Of a DNA stretch of 64,000 nt, positions 38,488 to 49,622 are shown piece by piece. The notes under the pieces were generated by a model. That model had not been told where the DNA came from. It did no database searches and saw only the letters and a list, made by a program, of their open reading frames with translations. The stretch spans positions 1,561,941-1,625,940 of the forward strand of contig BCIN01000003.1 of assembly GCA_039545335.1 (NCBI GenBank), given 5' to 3'. Numbering within the stretch: position 1 is the stretch's first letter; each line of letters starts with the position of its first letter. The position numbers were made by a program, and so were the translations under genes. Source of the stretch: Kondoa subrosea. Its lineage: Eukaryota.

Positions 38488-39691
38488 ATGACCTTCCGAT
38501 ACGTTAGTAGGCGTTTCTTGATAAACTCGTCTGTAAGCGCAGCATTGCGCGTCACCTTTCGTCCGAAAATACAAGGAAAAAGGATATCACTAACTCGAAA
38601 TTCTGATCCAGGACTTTCTGGTATGCTTCTGGACTAACACTGTATGGTGGACCTATGCTCTATCGATGAGCTAGTTTCATATTACAGAAGAAATGATCCA
38701 CCTCCAGTTCTTCCACCATCTGAAGCATCCCAGACTAACTGATAAGAGAAAAATGCATGTGGATCTCGTGAGTGACTGACCAATAGGGAACATGCCACAG
38801 ATCAACATTCCACCAGATTTGATCAGTTTTGCATAACGTTTACCCCAATCTTCTCTCATAGAAGGGTTAATAGCGCAAAAGAAACTATATTTTTCAACCG
38901 TTCCAATCAGTTCGCCGCACAAAGTAAGAAGGGTTTTTTCCGTACGTATAATCATATGCTAGAGCATATTCACCATCAGAAGAGGAAGGTTTGAAGAAAT
39001 CCATTTCCTTGAATTGAACGTTAGCTGTCCAAACAATTGAGCAATCAGATCTCGAGAGCTTTCAAACGAAGAGAGGGTTATACAAGGTGCATTCTGTTGC
39101 TCTTTCAACCACTTTTAATACAGTAACCGATCAGGACCACAAAAGAAAGAAGGAATAAAGGGAAGAGAAACGAACAGTTCGAGCTGCTTCGACTGCATGA
39201 GGGGAGATATCGACACCTTCAGCTTCGTAGCCTTTTGTAGCCAATAGCAATACATCGTAGCCCTGCGCAGATCATGAGAGTGATCACTAGACAATGCCTG
39301 TCATTGTAACGCACTCGTCCACATCCGGCTATCTCAATGGATCAATGTATAACCTGGTTATTGAAGAGAGTGCACATACGAACAATAGCTTTGCCTCCTT
39401 TAGGTAATTCAACCTTGCCAGAATTCAGAAAATCGATTAAAGAAGGTTGACAGTTTCCATGCGAATCCCAAGGTGCTGCCACCAGTCCAAATTAGAGAGT
39501 GTGAGTATACCATGATGAGAATGAATAGCGCACTTGTACCAGCTTTCCAAAGGCTATCCCAAGCTAGAGTCATTATCAATCTGGAGATTCACCGCGGAAG
39601 GGAGCGAAGTTGACTAACGATTGTCAGTTGAATCACCATGCAGTTTCTCCCTCATTGCTTGAATCTCTGGTCTTCCACTAGTATCACTCAT
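38431..39691 (-). CDS. SAM-dependent thiol/halide methyltransferase (TPMT/HOL family)
   Basis: WDSLWK, PWD, VPGCGRGYDV, GVDISP, DFF, YDYTFFCAI, FPI..GPPY; many short exons. Confidence 0.9.
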
Positions 39692-39770
39692 CCTTCTTCT
39701 TGCAACAACACTCAATAATCTCAAAATATCGTCGCTTGTTCTCAACCCACCATCTACCTGTCTCGTAACA

Positions 39771-40450
39771 ATGTCTACCTCTACACCTACCCCATCAGCA
39801 TCATCCTCATCATCGAAACCTAAAACAGCAGCAGAAATGCAAGCTGCTTCTTTAGCTAAACTACTCAAAGATCCCTCTAAACCAGTTTACATTCCTTCTG
39901 CACCTCAACCTAAAGAATTAAGAGCACCAAGAGAAATGATGAAGAACGTTCAAGGTTCTTCTGCAGGTGCTGGATCTGGTGAATTTCATGTTTACAAACA
40001 AGCTAGAAGGAGAGAGTATGAGAGGATTAGAATGATGGAAGAGGAAGATGAGCAGGTATGCTAATTAGCCAGCGTAAGTAATGTGGAACTTAGAATGTTG
40101 TTGTGTTACAGGAAAGGACGATTAGAGAAGCGAGGGAGAAGAAGGAAGCCAATGATAAAGCTGCACAAGCGAAACTGGAAAAGAACAGAGCAAAGAGGAA
40201 TAAACGGAAATCGAAACGCTCTGGTGGTGCTGGTCAATCGAAGGGAAAAGCTAACGAGGAAGAAGAGTCAGAGGAAGAAGCAGAAGAGGCTCAGAGCAGT
40301 AATAAGAAAGCAAAGACGGATTTCACTTTCAAGCCAAATACCAATGCTATGGCTTCAGTGGAGCAAGCTACGGAGAATAGAGAAGAAGCAGAAGAGCAGC
40401 CTGTCTCTGTTGTGCAAGAATCTGGGATCAAGATTGTTGATGAGGATTAG
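39771..40450 (+). CDS. PRKRIP1: PRKR-interacting protein 1 homolog (DUF1168), spliceosome-associated
   Basis: NVQGSSAGAGSGEFHVYKQARRREYER; one intron. Confidence 0.92.
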
Positions 40451-40737
40451 ATTATGTAATGATTCTACTTTGTACATTTTTGCATTCATTTAGCACGCTA
40501 CATACATACATACCGTTTGAGCATTTATCTGCTCTCACTCAATTTCGAATCAAAGCACTGCTTCTTATGCAATAGTATTGCCCCTTCGTGATCTCGTCTT
40601 CGATGCCTGACAGCGCAGCCAAAGGGATTACGATGACCTTGATCGGTTCTACATTGAGTGACCAGAGGAAGAGCCAGTCGCTGTGTTCTTGCGTGGTCTG
40701 AGTCAACAGCTATATCTTCTTCTCTTGAAAGACTCTT

Positions 40738-41334
40738 CTATCGCTTGATCTCATGTTCTGCCAACAGCTGCGCATAGATTCAGCTTGATCCTATATCAAC
40801 TTCGTCAGCCAATCAACTGACCATATTTGGTATTCCATCCCTAATTTGATATATATGACCACAATTGGGACAAACCATTGCACCATCTTGAACATGTATC
40901 TACACAACCAATTGTTCTCTTCTCAGCAATCACTTCCGATTCGCCTGCTTGGGCAAAGCTCACTTCTAGTAAAACATGATGCAGAACTTGTAATGCTTTC
41001 AATTGTTCTTCTGTGGGTTCTTGCTCATCTTTTCCCAAATCAGGTATTTCCTCCGGTAAACTCTCATCTCCCAACTGTCAGAACATACTTTATCGACTAC
41101 TGACAGAGTAGAGATGATGGACAAAATGTTACTGACCTGCCTTGATGCGACAACTAAAGCAGACCAATCTAATTTATCTATGAAGCCTCTTAAGAGTTCT
41201 ACATTCAATTCAGCTTCACTAGTTTCTAATCGTGTAACATCTTGAAACCGCAGAGGGAAATTGTTTGGAGCGACGCATGGTTTGTTAGAGGGTGCTGCAT
41301 GACAGGAGAGGAGGTTGTGCGTTATTAATCTCAT
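40738..41334 (-). CDS. TRM112: Methyltransferase activator Trm112
   Basis: MRLITHNLLSCH, NFPL, LHHVLLE, MVCPNCGHIYQIRDGIPNMLLAEHE. Confidence 0.95.
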
Positions 41335-41924
41335 TGTCGGTGTTTGCGAAAGGAAGGACCAAAAGAGCAAGAGTTTGGGAACTAGAAAAGAAAGGCGACA
41401 GTGGGAAATTTGGCTAAGACAATTCGGTGATATATATGTCTATCACTTACTCCGCGCTTTGACCTTCCTTGCCTCCAGGTCATTTCCTCACGAAGCAAAG
41501 CTGGTCTTATCTTCCGCGCTATCCCGCTATTGCAAGACAGAGGTCGGACACGTTCGGCGCCAACTTTGCGGCATTCGCGTGACTGTTTGCAGTTTTGTCG
41601 AAGATTCAGGAAGAGCTCACTTTTGGTCTCCTCTCTTTCGTGGACCAGGACCGTCAACGTTGGATTATACCTCGCTCTGACTCTACAGGTAGAGCTTGAT
41701 ACCCGTTCTTGTATGGACGCATGATCTCTTCAAAAGCGGACCCACGGCATTGATTACTTTCGACTTGTCGCGCATTGATCGCATCCCTCGAAAGAAAAGC
41801 AAATAAGATAATAGTATAGTGGGACGTGCTGGTTCTCTCCTTCGACAAGCTGGAAAGATTTCGCTGAACAAAAGGCTGAAGCTTTTGCGATATTGTTTGC
41901 TCACCTGAAGGGGTTTCCTCAATC

Positions 41925-44900
41925 ATGCAATCCAATGGAGGCTACCAATCTTTCAGAAGATCAGCTTCACCTTATATGAACACTTCTAGCGATACTATTA
42001 GCAACGATACTTATGGTTCTCCTGATCTGTCATTGCATTCTTACTACTCTGCTCATTCGGCGGAAAGTGCTGCTCGTTTAACTCACTCGAAATCACAATC
42101 TTTACCTCTGAATGGTATAGAGAATGGTATCAAGAAGAGAAGGGACTCCATTCAATCTGTTCCAATGGACGAGGATGTCAATTTATCAGGTCGAGCTACT
42201 CCAACCCATGCATGGCCGCACAGTGAGAAACCATCACCTGATGATTGGGATCAAGAAGTAAAGATTCACAATGGTATTCGTTCTGCTCCTCCTATACAAG
42301 ATCAAAACTCTTCTTCGAATTATGGTCATTCACCTCCTTGGACATCGCCAGCCTCTTCTTCCCTAGCAGCTCAACAAAAACAGAATGGAATGCCGATCCA
42401 GCAGAAACATCCTTATGCTCAAATCCAACCTCGTCAAATTCATTATCCATCATCTCCATCTATATCAGAAGAATCTCATACCACTTCTTCTACTTCCATG
42501 ACTTCAGAGAACGGAACTCCAACGCCAGCAGCAAGAGGAGTTAAACCGGATAGGTTGATACCAATACAAGATCGTTCACCTTATTTATCCAAACCTTCTA
42601 CTTCTTATATCTCTTTTCAACGCTCCGAATCTTCTTTACTCGATCAACCAGATCTCAATCGCTCAAATACATTAGGTCCAGGTCCAACTTCTGGCTCGAA
42701 CACGAATTCTACTTCTAGCTTCTTATCCCATCCAAGTCCGAACATTGAAGAAAGAGGAGAAGAAGTGAAGCCAATAGTTGGAGGAGTGACATCTTTGGAT
42801 TTGCCTACTTTCTCTTTGGATCTAGATTTTGGAACGAGCAGTTTCTTCGGCGAAACTACTTTTGATTTAGGATTGGATCAATTGGGTTCTGGTTTAGATT
42901 TACTGAAACCACCTTCTTCTTCTCTTGATACGTCGTTTGATCAAGAAAATGAGGATGAACCAGAAGAAGAAAGGGAGAGAAGTAGTGGAGATGGTTGTGA
43001 AAGAAGTAGTGGAAGTTCTTTTGAAAGAGAAGAAGATCCTACAATGCTCTATCAGCAAGATTCTTCCCTTTTATCAACTACTATCGTTCCTTTACCGCTA
43101 CAGCAAGATAGAGACAGACCGGATAGAGTAGCTTTACCTGAATCTAGACCTTTATCTGCTTTTTCAATGTTGGTGGATCATCGTCAACAAGATGAAGTCG
43201 GACCGAAATCTTCTACCCCGAATGCTGCGTTTATGCGAACTCATCAACAATCTGCTTCCAATGCCAGTTCAAAATCAGCTAGGTCCAATCACATTCAGTA
43301 TGGTGTGTCATGACCCGTTTCTTCTCGAAGGAGTATCACTGATATACAAGATGTGCACAGATACGAGTTCGAGTAGAAGAGCGAGCATTACTTCAGTAGC
43401 GAGCAAAATGTCTTACATGCAGCAACATCACTCTCAATCCGATCTTGATCTTACTTCCTCATCCGGAAACCATTCCTCTACCCTCTCTCCCATAACAATG
43501 AACAGCTCTACTACTTCCTTAACACCCAACGGCAACAGTATGCCTATGCGACGGTCTTTATCGAATCTTAATAAATCTTTACCTCCTACACCACGCAAAC
43601 CACCGATGCGAGCAGAGACCGAACCTCCTTTACCTCATCAATCTTCAATCACTAGAGCTGATTCAATGAGAAGAACAGCCGTTTCTGCTGCTGTTGCTAA
43701 ATTCAACAAAGGCAAATCCCTCATCACTCGAACCTCTTCTTCTAATCTACTAGATCAAGCTTCATCACAACCTCAATCGTCAACAACAACATCATCTTTA
43801 CCTCTATCTAATGGAAATCCATTGTACCCTAAAAGCAGTACTTCTTCTACGAAGACTTTTGGTGAAATGAACCGAGAAGCAAGGAATAGGAGTAGAACAC
43901 ATTCTGCTTCAATACCTATCTTGGACATCAGAAGATCAGAAGATAGTACTCATCAGACGAGAAGCGGGAAAAGGGATACCTCGTCCACTATGGATTCAGT
44001 CGCTACTATTCAGCCCATTGCTACTGCTACTGCTCAGCAAAAGAAGTTGTCAGCTCAACCACCTGTTCCTCCTGATCTGGATGATTCTGGAAAGAGGGTC
44101 ACAACAGAACAATTACTTGTGGGTTTTTCATGCCTTGGTGAATGAAGGGGTACTGACCCATGAAGGATAGACGCTAGCTTCGGAGAAACTGCTCAAGTAT
44201 GTTCGAGAAAGATCAGCCTCGCCTTCTATCTCGGAAGCTTCAGAACTCTCATCTCGGTCTCGTGCCTCATTTGATCAACTGGGTGACTCTACAACCGAAG
44301 ATGATGTAGACGACACAGCCGTCACACATGCTGTTCGAATCAACAGACAACGAGCAGGCACTTTGGACCAATTATCAGCTGAGCAAACCCTTACTTACAA
44401 TGTCGCCCTGCAAGATCCTGGTCCAGCTAGTAATGCTACTTCACCAACAGCTGTGCGAACAAGCGTACCCGTTTTGCTCACCCAACGGAAATTGGAAATC
44501 AAGACAAATCGATCTCCTACTCTTTCGGAACATAGCGAAATCAGATCTCAGCGATCTCCTGTCCCGATACTAAAGCCATCAACACCTGTTCCACCTGTCC
44601 TATTGTGGAAGAAACGATCCTACCCTTCCGATTCGGGTGTTGGATCAGATACAGCTCGATCAGCAGCTTGGATTCAGCTAGAGAACGCTTTGCAAGGATA
44701 TCTGCAAGCCCTCACAACGGCTCAACCGGAACGATTCAATATTATCCAATCTGTCTTACTTACTTTCCTCAGGAGAGCAGATGCGGGAATGGAAAGGCTC
44801 GCGGCGGATCGAAATCAAGCTGCAAGGCAAAGACAGATCTTGTTCAGCTGGTTGGATGTTCTAGCTGGGGAATTGAAGAACGCGCCGAGTAACAGGGGTG

Positions 44901-47751
44901 CTTGTCTAGATGGTGTTGCTGGTATTTTGGAGAGGTTAGTCAGTTCAAGAGGCGTTGATGCATTGTTAATGATGTATCAGCTGTTGTCTTTCCGGAGAAG
45001 TATTGACAACAGATCCCTCTGCTGAGGAGCGCTTCAGAGACTCGCTAATAGCTATCCTTAGCTTTGCCGTGGACAAGCTGAATGTAGGTTTGGAACTGGC
45101 ATTTTAGCATATTCTAATCTGCTTCAACCCTTGCCTACAGGAGAAAGCCGTCTATGCGAACACACTCAGCTTTTCTGGTCGTCTGCTGGCCATCGCTTTC
45201 TTCCGGATAGAAGGTGTAGGCGAGAAGTTGCTTCGTCTGTTACCTCAAGTCAAGCGACAAGATCTCAAACGTGTACTCGAAGAAATACATGTCCGCGCCA
45301 GGTAAGTCCCAGCTTGAATGCTCGACAGCTTGTGTTCATTTGCAATTCAGCAGATCACCTCCTCCTCAACGCCCCGATATATTCCCTGAACACCTGTCCC
45401 ATCTCTGCTTCCGCGATCTACACTCATATTCTGCTCTGTTCTCACCTCTTGCGCCATCCGACAATGCTTTCTTGGTTCAGTCGACAGATCATGCTGTTCG
45501 CATGAATGGCAACTGGCTTATAAGATGGCAAGCATCCGATTCAGACCTACCTTTTGCTTTCTATCGCGCCTATCATCGACAACTTGCAGCATACCTACAT
45601 CCACCAAAAGAGCTGCAGAGTCAACCAGAAGCATTTGTTTCCCTGTTCGAAGCTGTCTCTGCTCCTGGTTTCCTCTTCCTCGCTGCTTCTCTCTTAGAAA
45701 AAGTAGATTCCCTCATCCATCGCAACCTCAGATCCGTTACTACCCTTGGACCAAACAACAGCAACATTAATACCCAAGAATCAGCAAATCTATCTATGGC
45801 AGCTAAACCGAAAGTCCTCGAACATGCAAATCGTCGTGTGGTATCAACTATTCTCGATATCGTTGGAGGACCAGCGCGGCCAATAGATGATCCCGAAGCC
45901 GATACCTTCGAAGGTCTGTCTCGACGCAGATTCTTCGGTGGCATGTTGCAAGTTTGGCTTCGCGCTGCCGTCAAGCGGACAAGTCTCTTCGATGCTCGAG
46001 GTGTTTTTCTGCTGCTCGACTTCGTTGAAGGCCTCTTCTATACCGTTTGCACTCATGTCCCTTCACCAAATCAAGAGACTTCAGTCTGGCGACCTGCCGT
46101 GCAAGCTCTTCACATGTTTGACACCAACTTCATCTTGACATTCCTACATACCATTCTTACCAAAGCAGATAATACCGTTGCATTGATGCGAACAATAACG
46201 TTCATCTATTCCCAATTTGAAACGTATGTCACTTGCTAATATGGGCCGAAGACTGTCTGATCACTACTTCCAGATTTACTTTGCGCTCTGAAGATCGAGA
46301 ACAGCTGTGTATGCAAATACTGCTCAATCCGGAAACGTTCAGAAGAATGTTCCTTTTCTGGAACACTTCGGTCAGAGGGTGAGTCTTTAAGTCTTGTATG
46401 AACCAGTCTGATCAGTGGCACCGTCGCAGGTACTTCGTGCGACTGATTGTCTGGAAACTCAGTCGGCTGGGAACAGGTGCGTGTCATCTTTCGTTGCTCT
46501 GTCGATAGACTGACAATGCGACCGCTCGCAGCTAATGATGGTCGACCAATGGACATCAAAGACTCTCAAATTATCTTCACACTGCAAGCTTTCAATGCTC
46601 AACTAGAAAGCATCCGAACTCGCTATAATGAACTTGATCCTTTGGATGATTTACCGGACGACGACCTATTTGATAGCGATAGATCGTCTATAGACTCAAC
46701 CAGGGGTGTCTCTAATCAGCCGTGGATCATTGACGAGCTGCCCGAAGGTCACGTAGTCGATCGAAGTTCAGAAGAATTCTCTCGCTCATCAGAAGAGGAC
46801 GACTGGAATCGAAGAAATCGCTCGTCGGATTCTCTGGATACTACACCGAAGGCAAAAGGCAAACCGAAAATGTCGAAGGTGGTGAATTGGTTCAAAGACA
46901 CGCTTCAGCCGAGCAAGTCCAGTCAACAAATGAACAGAAAACCAAGTCGCAATCGGTTGGATGTACCTGAAGCAGTCACATATCCATATGCACTTCCAAC
47001 AGACGGAGAAGTGCATAGTCTTCAGATACAACCAATCGAAGCTGCACCTGTTCTTCAATCTTCAGGTGGTTTGGTACTGTCAGATGGACCCTCCCAAGTA
47101 AACGAAGCGAGAGATCAAAGTCCGACCCTCACGGAAACGGAAGACCAGAGCTCGAACAATACATTCCCATATCAACCATCTTCTCCCAGTGCAGATCAGT
47201 CGAATTTCTATCACTTTGAGGTTAGCTTGCTGCGCGTGTTAATTTCAGATAAGCTAAGCACTACTGCAGTTTGAGAACGGTCAGCCAAAGATAGAAGGCC
47301 GCAAGTCAAAGCGCGGCAGTCTGAAAAGCAACCGGACATCGATCTACAATGGTGGTCAAACACCGAGACGACCAAGCTCTGTTACGCCTTCGCCTCGTGT
47401 GTCTAAACGTTTCTCGAAAAGGCAGTCTCTCTTGCCGCCTCCAGCATTGGATCTACTCGCCGAATCGCAAGAGCCTGTTCCAGAAATACCAAAGCAATTC
47501 AGACAATTACCACCTTATCCTGAGCATCAACATGCCTATGCTATTCGAGGTCTGAGGGAGTACGAGGAATCGCTGGATGAGTATGCTGTATGGACGGCGA
47601 GAGTGAAAGAAGACGACGATGAGCTTGAAGGAAGGGACGAAGCTGAGTTGATACCGTATGTTCAGCTGTGCCTTCGTCATGAGCATTCTCTGATGAGGTT
47701 TATACTAGCCGACTGGCCGTACAATGGCCGTTGTCTTTCTCGGAAGATTGA
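41925..47751 (+). CDS. Large Ser/Pro-rich protein with DUF1765 (UPF0592-like) domain
   Basis: Long disordered N-terminus, then FSGRLLAIAFFRIEGV, AAPGFLFLAA-like segment, KRTSLFD, FLFWNTSVRGYFVRLIVWKLSR; ends RLAVQWPLSFSED*. Confidence 0.72.
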
Positions 47752-47900
47752 GGACTTCTGTTTTGGGTTATATTGTTAAGGTTTGGTGAAGTAGTACGCT
47801 GTATAAGATTTCGTTTGTTGTACATTTAAGACATTTTATACCTAGTACTAATGAACAATCTGAACAAGTGATTCCACAATATTGATCCTGTATTATCGAA

Positions 47901-49607
47901 TTACATGCAGTGCTGTTGAAGGACAAGACTATTTGAGTGTGAGTAGAACTATTGGACTGTCAGCTAATGCCGCCGAAGACTAGATGCGCACTCACTCTCG
48001 GTCGACAAGGCAAAGCAACCGATCCTTTGGTGAACTTGCGACCTCGCACTTGACCAAAGTCTAGATAGTATGCTTGTCTGTCTGAGGTTGCGAATATTCT
48101 ACTATGCTCTGCATCTGGACAAGCAAGAATTTAGCTGAATCTCGCAGCATAATTGGATAATGGGCCTTACCTAGCGAATATACCGGAGAAGCTTCTGAAG
48201 TAGCAAAGATAGATACTGCTGCGGTGGGTTTGCGAAGACTAAAGTCTCACTCAACACAGGCATAGATGTAGAAGAGAAGAAACTCACTCATAAAGCCGAA
48301 TCTTACTATGTCTAGCTGTGCCCACACATAAATAATTGCCGCACTGTCCAGCTGTCGCGATTGAGTACAGAGGATCCTCATTCCATTTCTCCGACAACGC
48401 TTGCGTAGGTTGTAATTTTCCATCTTTCGACGACAGTCGTAAATCATAGCATCGGACAGTGGAATCGTAAAAAGCGCCAAAGAGATGATTTGGAGCGCTA
48501 AGATGAGAGTTCGGATGCGGAGAACACATCGCATAAACTGCTGTTGTATGCTCGTTCCCGCCAAGTAAGCGAGGTCCTGATTCTATTGTACTTGGCGAAA
48601 TAGAGAAGAGGGAAAGTGCAGAATCGGTTCGCTTGCTGCTGTGACCGACTGCAAGCCAATGAGGAGTGGATATAGGTTCGAGCAGAGTTGACCAAAGCTT
48701 GCAGGGCAGATTGACTGTGCTGGCAGATTCCCACGGCGAAGCGATATTGTAGAGTGATATCAAACCCTTGTCTTTCACTTGAGCTACTGAAGCAAATACA
48801 TTGCCTTTCAGGTCGACTGCTTGAACAGTGCCTTTGGGTTGTTCGTAGCGAGAAACACTCTTGAATGTGTAAGATTGCGAGTCGTGACTTATCCGCACTC
48901 GATGCACCAGCCCAGAGACATGACTGATTACTACGCTGCCATCCTCGTGCTCGTGTGAGATCTGTACATCAACCTCTCAGCCCACTCTGCATTCGCTCAT
49001 GTCCTTTTTTGACCCACTGAAGTGATATCATCTAAGCGATATAATCCCAGCACTTGAGATGTCACCGGACGACAAGCTTCTCCGGATTGGGTGAAAGCAA
49101 TCAAACGCAAGCAAGCTCCAGCAGAAAGCAGCAGAGCCGACCGTTTTCGAAGCAGACGGATGACTGGTAGAGATCGCGTAACAGGCGGACTTGCTGCGAC
49201 TACCAGGCAATTGGTACTGTTGTAATGTTTCTCGACCGTATACGCATGTCGAACCTTTAGCTCCATGTAAGCTCTTTGAAATCAACTACGTTGCAGCCTC
49301 TGTCGAACCTTTCTCAATGACGAACGATCCCGTCGAACGAGCGGCAGAGTGACAGTATCGCACTGTCCGATCTTTCAGATTACGCATAGCTTTCATCCTA
49401 GCTACTTACGCCAACCAAGAAGCGAGTGTAGCCATACTTCATTACCAACGCATGAAATGCTTTCGAAGAGCAAGCCAAAGTCGCAAGAGCCGAGACATCA
49501 CAATGGCTGACGATTAGCAGCAGGATATCATGAGGCAGGGCATCAAGCTTCATATGGGTATATGACCGTTGTGGTAGAAGACGCAAAAAAGACAATAGCA
49601 GCGTCAT
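47901..49607 (-). CDS. F-box protein with WD40-like beta-propeller
   Basis: F-box LDALPHDILLLIVSHCDVSAL; WD-like AFYDSTVRCYDLR, GTARHSKIRLYD, SPVYSL. ATGs at 49607 and 49553; last exon tentative. Confidence 0.75.
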
Positions 49608-49622
49608 ATGAGCACTTCATTA

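Noticed and set aside
39614..39868. Long antisense ORFs (also 28445-28789, 45621-45974, 63501-63851)
   Set aside because: Shadow frames of genuine genes on the opposite strand.
40625..40702. GATGA...CTGA segment resembling a C/D snoRNA
   Set aside because: Imperfect box C, no recognisable rRNA guide sequence, and it lies in convergent 3' UTR space.
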